Assembly: GCA_937877455.1 (NCBI GenBank)
Contig: CALFIU010000044.1
Location: forward strand, 6,641-70,640
DNA: 64,000 bases
Source: an uncultured Bacteroidales bacterium
GTDB lineage: Bacteria; Bacteroidota; Bacteroidia; Bacteroidales; UBA3824
Direction of reading: 5' to 3'
A model generated the notes under the pieces. The model was not told the DNA's origin. It worked only from the letters and a program-made list of their open reading frames with translations, and did not search any database. The position numbers and the translations under genes were made by a program. Within the stretch, counting starts at the first letter, position 1. Each line of letters opens with the position of its first letter. Shown here piece by piece: positions 43,051 to 52,582 of this stretch.

Positions 43051-45216
43051 TTAAAATTGAAAATATATAAAAGGCTGTAAATCAGAGGATTTTACTTGAT
43101 ACAGCACAAAAATTATTGCTATGCTAATTAATACTTTTGCCCAAATAGGTGTGTTTATAAACCATTGGGTGTAACGTTCTTTAAACGGAGCTGACAGCCA
43201 GTGTACAAAAAAGCCAAATAACATTACTGCAAATACTTTTTTGTAACTTTCTGTCATTGTGGGTATTAGTGTTATATCCCAACCATTAAGTAGTCGTTCA
43301 AGTATAAATTCGGTGGTTTCTATATCAGGTGCTCTAAACCATATACGTGTAAATGTTATAAAGTTGAATGTTAGGAATATACCCCAAAAATATGGTATGA
43401 ATTTTTGTGGCTCTTTGAGTTGTCTTTTAACGCTGAAAAATTGATTACCAGCCAAAATTATTGCCGAAAGTAACATGTAGATTACAAAAACTGGGTCGGT
43501 ATTGCCGCAAAAGCAAATAAATAGCGATACGAAAAAGTTTATCCACATTAACGCTGATATTCTTATGTCTTCTTTGTAGTTGATGTCTATTTTGTCGGCT
43601 GTGTAGAATGTTAAAAATGCGAATAAACTTAGGCTAATCCAACAAATATATTTATATTGTGTAAACCAGTAACCAGTTATTACAGTGGCAGAAAGCGTAA
43701 AAAACATTATTAATATTCCACCAAGAATGTATTTTAGTATTTTATGAGGTCTTGTTTGGGATATTCTAACCAACCATGTAAAGTAGCAGAAAAACCATAC
43801 AAAATCTGCTATTGCCCAAAGCCACAATACGTTAACATTGGTTATATAGCCCAAGTGATATGCTATGGCGGTGGATATGTTGGCAACTGCAAATATTATC
43901 CATCGTAACACTTGTTTTTCTTTTTTCCAAAGTTTTGATACTACAGATCCAATGCCGTTGTAGCCGCCCCAAATAACAAACATCCAACTTGAACCGTGCC
44001 ATAATCCACCTAATAGCATGGTTATTAGATTATTCATTGCGGTGGTTAGCGTTAGTTTAAAATTTGGGAAAAATGCTGCAAATATTGCCAATACACCCAT
44101 AACAGAAAACATTGCTACGGCCAATTTCCAACTTCCTGCTAACATGGCAATCACCAACAAAAACACCACCCAACAGATGTATCCGCCAGCTGAGCCGTTG
44201 CGGTTGCCGCCTATTGGAATGTAAAGATAGTCGCGTAGCCACGTTGAAAGGCTTATATGCCAACGTCGCCAAAATTCTGCCGCGCTTTTGGCTTTGTATG
44301 GCGAGTTGAAGTTGATGCTTAACCTAAATCCCATCATTAGTGCAAGTCCAATGGCTATGTCGGTGTAGCCGCTAAAATCGGTATAAACTTGTAGACTATA
44401 GCCGTAAAGCGACATTAGGGTTTCAAAGCCAGAATATTTCATGGGCGAATCGAATACGCGATCGATAAAATTGATTGAGATATAGTCGGAGATGAATACT
44501 TTTTTTATTAATCCTTTTAATACCATAAATAATGCAAGACCAAATTCTTGTTTGGTTAATGAATAATCTTTGTAGAGTTGAGGTATAAATTCAGAGGCTC
44601 TTACAATAGGTCCTGCAACAAGTTGAGGAAAAAAAGATACGTAAAAACCAAAATCAAGAACGCTTTTTACGGGTTCAATTTGTTTTCGATAAACATCCAC
44701 GCAATAACTTATGGCTTGAAATGTAAAAAACGATATGCCTACAGGTAGAAATATTTTGTCGGTTACAAAATTGGTGTTAAACAAATTGTTGGTGGCAAGC
44801 GAAAAATAATTTACAACATGAAATTGAGTTTGGAATACGTCATTTATGGAGTTTACAATAAATGCAGCGTATTTGAAATAAAACAAAATCAGTAGGTTTA
44901 GTGTTATTCCGAGAGCCAATAGCCATTTTTTTCCTATGGAGTTTTGGCATTTGTGCATTAGTTTAGTTATGTAAAAGGCTGATACAATGGTAAATACAAG
45001 TAGTATTACAAAAATGCCGCCAGTTTTGTAGTAAAAAAACAAACTGCATAGCAGTAAGTATATGTTTCTTAGTGCTTTGCGTTTGTAAACCAATGCGTAA
45101 AATACCAATACAATGCTAAAAAATCCCCAAAAATAAAATTGGGTAAACAGCAAAGGTCTGTCTTGTTGATAGGTGAAAATATTTTTTAAATCAAGTAGTT
45201 GCAAAAAAGATTCCAT
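43051..45216 (-). CDS. MBOAT-family membrane O-acyltransferase (AlgI/PatA/DltB type) with an extra C-terminal multi-TM extension
   Basis: 721 aa. FWRRWHISLSTWLRDYLYIPIGGNR and LGGLWHGSSW (conserved His) are MBOAT hallmarks. About 250 further hydrophobic residues follow the MBOAT core. Confidence 0.8.
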   Translation of the reverse strand: MESFLQLLDLKNIFTYQQDRPLLFTQFYFWGFFSIVLVFYALVYKRKALRNIYLLLCSLFFYYKTGGIFVILLVFTIVSAFYITKLMHKCQNSIGKKWLLALGITLNLLILFYFKYAAFIVNSINDVFQTQFHVVNYFSLATNNLFNTNFVTDKIFLPVGISFFTFQAISYCVDVYRKQIEPVKSVLDFGFYVSFFPQLVAGPIVRASEFIPQLYKDYSLTKQEFGLALFMVLKGLIKKVFISDYISINFIDRVFDSPMKYSGFETLMSLYGYSLQVYTDFSGYTDIAIGLALMMGFRLSINFNSPYKAKSAAEFWRRWHISLSTWLRDYLYIPIGGNRNGSAGGYICWVVFLLVIAMLAGSWKLAVAMFSVMGVLAIFAAFFPNFKLTLTTAMNNLITMLLGGLWHGSSWMFVIWGGYNGIGSVVSKLWKKEKQVLRWIIFAVANISTAIAYHLGYITNVNVLWLWAIADFVWFFCYFTWLVRISQTRPHKILKYILGGILIMFFTLSATVITGYWFTQYKYICWISLSLFAFLTFYTADKIDINYKEDIRISALMWINFFVSLFICFCGNTDPVFVIYMLLSAIILAGNQFFSVKRQLKEPQKFIPYFWGIFLTFNFITFTRIWFRAPDIETTEFILERLLNGWDITLIPTMTESYKKVFAVMLFGFFVHWLSAPFKERYTQWFINTPIWAKVLISIAIIFVLYQVKSSDLQPFIYFQF

Positions 45217-45270
45217 TACTGTTTGTTAAATAAAATTTTACAAATGTATTAAAAACTATAATTTTTTTTA

Positions 45271-46530
45271 TTAGTTTTTTCTAATTTTTTTTTCAACATA
45301 ATCGTCATACGCTTCTAAAAAGGCATTGAAAAACATGTCTGCAGAAAAAGTGTATCCCGATGCCGTCATGTGTACCTTGTCGTAAGCCATAAGTCCTTTG
45401 TTTACCCATGTTAATGATGAACCAAATCCGCCCATCATGTCGTAAAGACTCCACATTGTTGCTTTGTATTTGTTTACGAGTTGTTTTATAGCATCTTCCT
45501 CTTTAGCAACGGCTGGGTTTGGTCGTTTTCTATAAAGATAGAAATCGTTGGGTACAACAAATGTAAAGTTTACATTTGGACAGTGAAATTTTATTCTGTC
45601 AAGCAGTTGGACATAGTTGTTGTAGAATGTTTCTTGGCTAAAATTGGTTGTGTTGCCATCGTTTACACCGAGAAAAACTACAATCCAATCTGGTTGAAGA
45701 AGTTTTAGTTGTCCTGCAAAAAATTCGCATGCTAACCACGATTTTATGCTCGCTCCGTTAACGCCTATTGCACTGTAAGTTATCCCAGAAGGGTTGTCGT
45801 TTTCGAGTGATATGCCGTAGAGTGTAAATTCTTTTTGGTTTTCTTTTGATTTTTCTAAATGAAATGCTGCAGATTTAAGATATTTATCAAATTTAAATTC
45901 TGTAAGACCAAGACTATCAATGCGTTTTACGGTGTAGCCGCCGCATTTTGTGTCTGGTACAATGTCGTACATATCGGGTGAATATGGTTTTGTTATTATT
46001 TTTATTATGTTGAAATCGTAACTTATTGGGTTGTTTGGATTCATTTTTATTGTTAGCGTTGCATTTGCGTCGTAGGTTGTTGCCGAAATGCCAGCAAGTC
46101 CAAGTTGACAAGCACGTTTCCATTCTATATTGCGGCATGTACTCCAAAATCCTGTATATGAAATACTATAGTTGGACGGATTGTTGGATTTTGTCATTTT
46201 GTATGGAAAAATAAAGCCGCGCGAGCCAACCATACCTGGGTGAAGCGATTGTAGTCGGTAGCGCATACGACCAGAAAATATGTCGGCTTGTGTATGTGAT
46301 GCTCCAAGTTGAACAACGTTTAACCTTTGGTTGCCGTTGGAAATCATTGCATATATTTTTTCAAAAATTTTTTCAAAATTTGTTGGGTCGTTAGAAAATA
46401 TGAGTTTATTTTTGTCGTAATTTACAAAATTATAGTTGGTTATATCGTATGGATAGTCTTGCGATATGGCAGATGTTATTTTTATGAAATAAAAAAATGT
46501 TAGTGCTAAAATAAGTTTTACAAATTTCAT
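45271..46530 (-). CDS. SGNH/GDSL-like hydrolase or acyltransferase (secreted)
   Basis: 419 aa with a signal peptide. Block I-like VVQLGASHTQADIF, and later VFLGVNDG. Adjacent to the MBOAT gene. Confidence 0.55.
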   Translation of the reverse strand: MKFVKLILALTFFYFIKITSAISQDYPYDITNYNFVNYDKNKLIFSNDPTNFEKIFEKIYAMISNGNQRLNVVQLGASHTQADIFSGRMRYRLQSLHPGMVGSRGFIFPYKMTKSNNPSNYSISYTGFWSTCRNIEWKRACQLGLAGISATTYDANATLTIKMNPNNPISYDFNIIKIITKPYSPDMYDIVPDTKCGGYTVKRIDSLGLTEFKFDKYLKSAAFHLEKSKENQKEFTLYGISLENDNPSGITYSAIGVNGASIKSWLACEFFAGQLKLLQPDWIVVFLGVNDGNTTNFSQETFYNNYVQLLDRIKFHCPNVNFTFVVPNDFYLYRKRPNPAVAKEEDAIKQLVNKYKATMWSLYDMMGGFGSSLTWVNKGLMAYDKVHMTASGYTFSADMFFNAFLEAYDDYVEKKIRKN

Positions 46531-46543
46531 TTTTCTAAAACAG

Positions 46544-48205
46544 TTATTTTTTGTTTAAATATTCGTTGTATCTTCCAATGAGAGCGGAGTAAAACATTTT
46601 TGCCATGATGTTGGCACCGTTGGGTGTGAAGTGTACAAAGTCTTTTTCTGCCAGTGCAGGCTCGTTAAAAACCCAACTTGGCATTGAATTTTCGCCACCC
46701 ATTGCCGAATACATGTCCCAAAATGCGCAACCGTTAGCAAAGGCGGCTTGGCGCATTGCTTCCACCACATCTGGAAGTACTTCGTAGGTTTGATATTCGT
46801 CAGCTACTTTGGTACTCATATCTGCTGGTCCAATTACAATTATCGACATGTCGGGGCGTATGCGTCTTAATAGTCGTAATTGTGCAGAAAACATACTTTT
46901 GTAGTTTTTTACAGATTCTTTGGTAAGGTATGGAACTGTGTTGCCGCCAAATTGGAGTATTGCGAGTTTTACGTTCATGTCGGAGTACATGTTTTTTAAA
47001 AATTCGGAGTTCATTTGTGTAAAAATTGTACCAGAGCAACCGCGCAATGCAACATTGTCAACAGCAACGCCTGAGCGTCCGTCCATGGCAAAACAATAGA
47101 TTTCTGGGCTTTCTGTTGCCGAAAATTCCATTCGAAGATTTTGTGGGGCAGTTTCAAAATTCCATTTTTTTATTGAATAATATTCGGAGGCTTTTACTGA
47201 GTCGGAAAAAAGCATTGTTTCTCCATCAAAAACTTTAACTAAAAAGTTTTCTTTGCAGTTTCCGTAATACATTTTGCATTGTTTTACGTTCCGTGTGTTT
47301 GCACGGCTGTATTGTGGGTATTCAAATTTTAGCGAAGCATTGTGAATTTCGGGTAGTTTTTTGTTTTCTGGTGTTATAGCATTGGTGGCTGAGTTTATTA
47401 AGGCTGTTACTACTGTTGTGTCTTCAGTAGCGAGCGAGTCAATAATGTTTGTTGGAGCTGCATTGTTTTTTTGAGCAGGTTTTCGTGGTTGAGTAAACAT
47501 GCAGAACGATGCTAATGCTCCATAGCGATAGTGTTTTACAGCGGTGTCTGTTTTTGGAAATATGGTATAACGTTTCCAGTTTTCAGAATTTTTTATGCCC
47601 ACTGGCGATTTGTAGTCGTATGCGGTTTTGGCTGGTACAAGTCCGGGGCCAGAACCTCCAAATTGTGCTTGTATTTGTGCTCGTAGATAACCCGTTATTC
47701 TGTCCGTTTCTATTTGAGAATCGCCATAGTGCAGTATTCTTATTGTTTTTTGTAATTCATTTCCCGAAGATAGTGCGTCGAAAATTTTTTTTAAACATTC
47801 GAGGTTGTTGTTGGGAAGTTCAAGAAGTTGTTTTATTGTTCCTGCTTTTACTGGTTTTGCTTTAAAGTTGAGTAGGGTAGAGTCGATGTATTCTTTTTCG
47901 GGTTCAATTATATCTGCAAGAGTATCGTTGAAAACATCTTTGTTGCTTTCTATAATTTCTGCCAATACAGAATCTTTTGCATCACTATTTTTATTTTTGC
48001 TTGAAAGAATGTCTGCTATTGAAGGAAAATACAACGTTGTGTTTTTGTTTATTTCAATTCCTTTGTCTGGAAAAACTGCTGATATTATTGCTAATCCTGC
48101 CAGAACCGCCAGAACAAACCAAAGTACGTTTGATGGTTTCACTTGTAAAATATAATTGTGTTTTACAAAAAGCGGGCGAAAAACAAATTGATGCTTTCCG
48201 CCCAA
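46544..48205 (-). CDS. SGNH/GDSL-like hydrolase or acyltransferase, membrane-anchored
   Basis: 553 aa. One N-terminal TM, block I ILHYGDSQIETDRITG, later LQFGGN and DFVHFT (block V-like). Start uncertain: the track start 48205 is a TTG, and a GTG at 48142 is an alternative. Confidence 0.55.
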   Translation of the reverse strand: MGGKHQFVFRPLFVKHNYILQVKPSNVLWFVLAVLAGLAIISAVFPDKGIEINKNTTLYFPSIADILSSKNKNSDAKDSVLAEIIESNKDVFNDTLADIIEPEKEYIDSTLLNFKAKPVKAGTIKQLLELPNNNLECLKKIFDALSSGNELQKTIRILHYGDSQIETDRITGYLRAQIQAQFGGSGPGLVPAKTAYDYKSPVGIKNSENWKRYTIFPKTDTAVKHYRYGALASFCMFTQPRKPAQKNNAAPTNIIDSLATEDTTVVTALINSATNAITPENKKLPEIHNASLKFEYPQYSRANTRNVKQCKMYYGNCKENFLVKVFDGETMLFSDSVKASEYYSIKKWNFETAPQNLRMEFSATESPEIYCFAMDGRSGVAVDNVALRGCSGTIFTQMNSEFLKNMYSDMNVKLAILQFGGNTVPYLTKESVKNYKSMFSAQLRLLRRIRPDMSIIVIGPADMSTKVADEYQTYEVLPDVVEAMRQAAFANGCAFWDMYSAMGGENSMPSWVFNEPALAEKDFVHFTPNGANIMAKMFYSALIGRYNEYLNKK

Positions 48206-48233
48206 ACAATGTTTTGTGTTAAAAAATAGATTT

Positions 48234-49871
48234 TTAGTTTTTTCTTCTTATTTTTATAACCTGACCAATTTGAAGACGACGTACATCAGCGGCAGTAAAA
48301 CCGTTGATTTTCATTATGTCTTGGTCGGTTATGCCTTGATAGCGTGCTGCTATTGTTGATATATTGTCCCCACGTTTTATTGTATAATACTCAAAATTTT
48401 TGTCGAGAGTTTTTCCTGTTGTGCTGCTTTGTGCTACGATAGCATTACTTTTTTGTGCTTGTTTTTGCTCAAATGTCATCGTATTGATGTTTTTGTAAGT
48501 ATTGAGTTTTTTGGTTGGCACATAAACAGTAAGTTTTTGACCTACGTTTAGGCGGTTGCCTTCGATATTGTTCCAACATTTTAGTTTTGTAATTTTTACA
48601 TCATACCAGTTGGAGATAAAACCGAATGTATCGCCTTGTTTTACAGTGTAAAACAATTTTGTTGAGCCTGCTGGAATTGACGCATCGCAAGGTTCTGGGG
48701 TATAGCGGTGCGTGCTTGCAGTGGTGCTACGTGCTGCTGTTGAACTTGCTGTTTGCCTAAATTCTGGTGTACCGTGTTGTGGGGCAAAGTATATAGAATC
48801 TTTATAGGCATATATTTCTTTTTCTTGGTCGGCAAATTTTACAGCCAAGTCAGCTGGTAGTCTTAAAGGTTCGGGTTTTAGTTGTCCAGGGATAATGTCT
48901 TTTTTGTATTGAGGATTAAGATCGCGTAGAAGATCCATTGAAATACCAAGCATTTCAGAAACTTGACCAAGGTGAAGTTTTTGCGAAACCATAACGGTGT
49001 CGGAATAAGCAGGCATTTGTACTTGTACTGGTGTGTAGTTGTGTTGTTTGTAGAAGTTCATAAGATAATTAACGCTTATGAATGCAGGAACGTAACCTCG
49101 GGTTTCCATTGGTAGATACTTGTATATATCCCAAAAATTTGTTTTGCCTCCAGAACGTTTTATAGCTTTGTTAACGTTACCGGGACCACAATTGTATGCT
49201 GCAATTACTAAAGCCCAATCTCCATAAATGTTGTAGAGATCTTTTAAAAACTTAGCTGCTGCTTCAGTTTCTTTGGCAGGGTCGCGTCTGTCGTCTATAA
49301 GTGAATTGATTTCAAGTCCGTACATTTTGCCAGTTCCATACATAAATTGCCAAAGTCCTGTTGCACCAGCGCGTGATACGGCACGTGGATTAAGTGCAGA
49401 TTCTACTATAGTAAGGTATTTTAATTCAAGAGGGATGTCGTATTTGTCAAACACTGGCTCTATCATTGGAAAATAATATTGGCTCATTCCTAAAATCATA
49501 GGCATGAGGTATTTTCCACGTCTTATGTACATTTCTATCCAATCTTTTACCTTTTGATTATATACCAATGGAAATGTTGTAGGTATTTGTTTAAGGCATG
49601 CTTCGTAGATAGAGTCGGAATAAAAAACTGGAAGTGCGTCTGAATCTACGGTTGAGCGCATTTCTTTTGAATCCATTGTGTTTTTTATGTACCAAAGAGA
49701 AAGAAGGCTGTCGATACCATCCGAAACTTGACCTTCTTCAATTCGTAATTCTTCGGCAGGTGTAAACTCAACATCGCTAACACTGAGCGAGTCGTTTTCT
49801 TGTGCTGTGGCAACCGTAGAAACTGCCGTTAAGCATCCTGCTGTTAATAATGATAGAATAAATTTCTGCAT
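48234..49871 (-). CDS. MltD-like lytic murein transglycosylase with C-terminal LysM repeats
   Basis: Signal peptide. SLT catalytic region IVESALNPRAVSRAGATGLWQFMYGTGKMYGL. LysM-like YTVKQGDTFGFISNWY and YTIKRGDNISTIAARY. Confidence 0.82.
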   Translation of the reverse strand: MQKFILSLLTAGCLTAVSTVATAQENDSLSVSDVEFTPAEELRIEEGQVSDGIDSLLSLWYIKNTMDSKEMRSTVDSDALPVFYSDSIYEACLKQIPTTFPLVYNQKVKDWIEMYIRRGKYLMPMILGMSQYYFPMIEPVFDKYDIPLELKYLTIVESALNPRAVSRAGATGLWQFMYGTGKMYGLEINSLIDDRRDPAKETEAAAKFLKDLYNIYGDWALVIAAYNCGPGNVNKAIKRSGGKTNFWDIYKYLPMETRGYVPAFISVNYLMNFYKQHNYTPVQVQMPAYSDTVMVSQKLHLGQVSEMLGISMDLLRDLNPQYKKDIIPGQLKPEPLRLPADLAVKFADQEKEIYAYKDSIYFAPQHGTPEFRQTASSTAARSTTASTHRYTPEPCDASIPAGSTKLFYTVKQGDTFGFISNWYDVKITKLKCWNNIEGNRLNVGQKLTVYVPTKKLNTYKNINTMTFEQKQAQKSNAIVAQSSTTGKTLDKNFEYYTIKRGDNISTIAARYQGITDQDIMKINGFTAADVRRLQIGQVIKIRRKN

Positions 49872-49905
49872 AATGTAAAAAAAAAATTTTATATTTTAAT
49901 TCTTG

Positions 49906-50607
49906 TTAAAATTTCAATACAATTCTTGCGCCAAAAACGGCATTGTTGCAATAAAAAGACGACGGTGCTGTGAATGGCTCTATGTGCAGAGCGATGTCGT
50001 CGGTAACGTTGTAGTCGTAAAGATGCGCATCAACAACGGCATCAAATATATTCATCATATATACAAGGAACATACCAATATAGCACATATCTCTGTATCG
50101 ACGGTATTTGCGCATATAATAAACAATGTCAGACTCGTTTGTAAGTCCATAAAAACTTCGTCCCGCTGATGTTGTGTCGCCTGCTGCCATAGCGAGAAAG
50201 TAGCGTTCATCGTTTTTTATTTGTTTGTAGCGAATATTGTAGAATTTGGAAACAAAAATAAGTGATCCTGCTGCACCGTATATTATGGGTACTTTCCAAT
50301 ATTGTCCGTTATAAATTTGACCGGCTCCTGGTACTGCAAACGACAGCCATCCTGCGAGTTTGGGATTTTTTGTCGGAGCTACAAAATTGGAGTCGTTTAG
50401 GTATTCGCTGTCTTCTACAAATTGGTAGTTGTCGCCGTCAACAGAAAAACGTCCGCGTGTGCTATCACGGTTTCCTTCTCTGTATCCCTGTTTTACGGCT
50501 GGATCTTTTAGGTCTGGCTCATCAGGATTTTGTGCGTTTAATGTTTTTGCTGGCAACATCATCGCCAACAAAAACATTAAACTAAAGATGCGAACAATTT
50601 TCCACAT
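49906..50607 (-). CDS. DUF5683-like membrane/periplasmic protein (conserved neighbour of parB in Bacteroidota)
   Basis: 233 aa with a signal peptide. Contains LSFAVPGAGQIYNGQYWKVPIIY. Its position directly downstream of parB matches the arrangement I recall for DUF5683. Confidence 0.5.
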   Translation of the reverse strand: MWKIVRIFSLMFLLAMMLPAKTLNAQNPDEPDLKDPAVKQGYREGNRDSTRGRFSVDGDNYQFVEDSEYLNDSNFVAPTKNPKLAGWLSFAVPGAGQIYNGQYWKVPIIYGAAGSLIFVSKFYNIRYKQIKNDERYFLAMAAGDTTSAGRSFYGLTNESDIVYYMRKYRRYRDMCYIGMFLVYMMNIFDAVVDAHLYDYNVTDDIALHIEPFTAPSSFYCNNAVFGARIVLKF

Positions 50608-50615
50608 GCTAAAAT

Positions 50616-51578
50616 TTAAAGTTGTATGCTGTTAAGCATGTTTATTATTTTTTCGTAGTCTTCCTGCGAGTTTAGGTTAAATGTAAGTTTGCAACTTCCC
50701 TTACTATCAACTTTTAAATCTATAGGCACATTGAATTTTTGAGAAAAATCCTTTTTTAGTTGTTTTTGTTCGTTGCTTAATTTTGGACGCTGCACTTTTG
50801 TTAATACTTTTTTGGTATTTTGAGCGTCATCGTCGTTTGTTTGCTCGCTTTTTTCTTCTTCGTTTTGTTGGTTTTCGTTGCCGATAATATATCCGTCGGG
50901 ATTTTTAACAAGTTCTTCTACTTGTCGAGCCGAAAGCCTGTTTTCATATATTTTTCTAAACAATTCAACCTGCAGATTTTCGTCTTCAATGCTTATTAGC
51001 GGTCTTACTTGACCAACAGATATTAGTTTGTTTCGTAAGGCGGCTTGTATTTCATCAGGAAGTTTTAATAGGCGTAGAAAATTAGTAATCGTTGTACGTC
51101 CTTTTCCTACGCGTTTGCTAAGGTCTTCTTGCGAAATGTTACATTCTTCCACAAGACGACGATAACTTATAGCCACTTCTATGGCATTAAGGTCTTCGCG
51201 TTGAATGTTTTCTACCAATGCCAATTCCAAAACGGTGTTGTCGTCAGCTTCGCGGATGTAGGCTGGCACTTTTTCTAATCCAGCGATTTTTGAGGCGCGA
51301 TAACGCCTTTCTCCTGATATAATTTGAAACCTATCGTCTTCGAGTTTTCGTAGGGTCAACGGCTGTATTATGCCAAGATTTTTTATAGAATCGGCAAGTT
51401 CGTTGAGTTTTTCTTCGTCGAAAACTGTTCGCGGTTGGTCGGGATTGGGTTCTATTTTCGAAATCTCTACTTCTGCTATGTTGCCCGAAGATATTACTTC
51501 TTCGGGTTTGGCAGTGTAGGTATTATCGGATATTAGTGCTCCAAGTCCGCGACCAAGTCCTCCTTTATGTATAGCCAT
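50616..51578 (-). CDS. parB: Chromosome partitioning protein ParB
   Basis: GLGRGLGALI, IEPNPDQPR, GIIQPLTLRK, IISGERRYRASK, and HTH LSKRVGKGRTTITNFLRL. Confidence 0.93.
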   Translation of the reverse strand: MAIHKGGLGRGLGALISDNTYTAKPEEVISSGNIAEVEISKIEPNPDQPRTVFDEEKLNELADSIKNLGIIQPLTLRKLEDDRFQIISGERRYRASKIAGLEKVPAYIREADDNTVLELALVENIQREDLNAIEVAISYRRLVEECNISQEDLSKRVGKGRTTITNFLRLLKLPDEIQAALRNKLISVGQVRPLISIEDENLQVELFRKIYENRLSARQVEELVKNPDGYIIGNENQQNEEEKSEQTNDDDAQNTKKVLTKVQRPKLSNEQKQLKKDFSQKFNVPIDLKVDSKGSCKLTFNLNSQEDYEKIINMLNSIQL

Positions 51579-51620
51579 TTTGGTTTTGTTCTTTTTGTTT
51601 TTTGTAGGATTTTTCTGGTG

Positions 51621-52403
51621 TTATGCGTTTGCTTGTATAGCGTTGTTTTCCAATATTTCTTTTGCAAGATTTAAGTAATTTATTGCGCCGTTAGAATTGG
51701 CATCATATTGTATTACTGGTTTGCCGAAACTTGGAGCTTCACTCAAACGTATATTCCTTAGTATCAATGTTTTAAATACCATATCTTGGAAGTGTTGCCT
51801 TACTTCTTCTACTACTTGGTTTGAAAGTCTTAATCTCGAATCGTACATCGTGAGTAGAAAACCTTCTATTTGTAACGAAGTATTGAGTCTTCCTTGTATC
51901 ATTTTTACTGTGTTGAGCAGTTTTCCAAGACCTTCGAGTGCGAAGTATTCGCATTGTACTGGAATTATAACACTATCTGCGGCAGTTAAAGCGTTGAGCG
52001 TTAACAATCCAAGCGAAGGCGAGCAGTCTATGAGTACGTAGTCGTATTGTCCATTGGTCTGTGCCAAAAAACGTTTCATAATTTGTTCGCGACCTTCTTT
52101 TTCGAGCATTTCTATTTCTGCGCCCACCAAATCGATGTGCGATGGAATGAGATCCAACCCGTCAACATCGGTTTTTAGTATTACGTCCTCTGGTTTTATT
52201 GTATCTTCCACAAGACAATCGTAAATGCTTTTTTCAATGCTTTTTAAGTCAAAGCCTAAACCTGAGGTGGCGTTTGCCTGTGGGTCGGCATCAATTAATA
52301 ATATTTTTTTGTCCAACACGGCAAGCGACGCTCCGAGGTTGATTGCGGTTGTAGTTTTGCCTACACCGCCTTTCTGGTTGGCTATTGCAATAACTTTTGA
52401 CAT
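51621..52403 (-). CDS. parA: Chromosome partitioning ATPase ParA/Soj
   Basis: IAIANQKGGVGKTTTAINL (deviant Walker A), LLIDADPQ, YVLIDCSPSLG. Confidence 0.95.
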   Translation of the reverse strand: MSKVIAIANQKGGVGKTTTAINLGASLAVLDKKILLIDADPQANATSGLGFDLKSIEKSIYDCLVEDTIKPEDVILKTDVDGLDLIPSHIDLVGAEIEMLEKEGREQIMKRFLAQTNGQYDYVLIDCSPSLGLLTLNALTAADSVIIPVQCEYFALEGLGKLLNTVKMIQGRLNTSLQIEGFLLTMYDSRLRLSNQVVEEVRQHFQDMVFKTLILRNIRLSEAPSFGKPVIQYDANSNGAINYLNLAKEILENNAIQANA

Positions 52404-52458
52404 ATCGGTTTTATTAGTTTTTTTTTGTCTGCAAAAATTATAAACTCTAATAATCGCA

Positions 52459-52466
52459 CAAAGGTA
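52459..52466 (-). promoter_or_regulatory. -7 box (TACCTTTG on minus strand) for parAB
   Basis: Plus-strand caaaggta is the reverse complement of TAnnTTTG. It lies 56 nt upstream of ATG 52403. Confidence 0.45.
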
Positions 52467-52582
52467 AGTATTTTTAATTAGATTTTTTTATTTATTTTAA
52501 AAAAAAATCTTTTGTTTTAACCTATTTTGCAATAAAACAATTAAATAGCGTTAATTTTTTTGTAAAAAAATCTTTTTTATGC

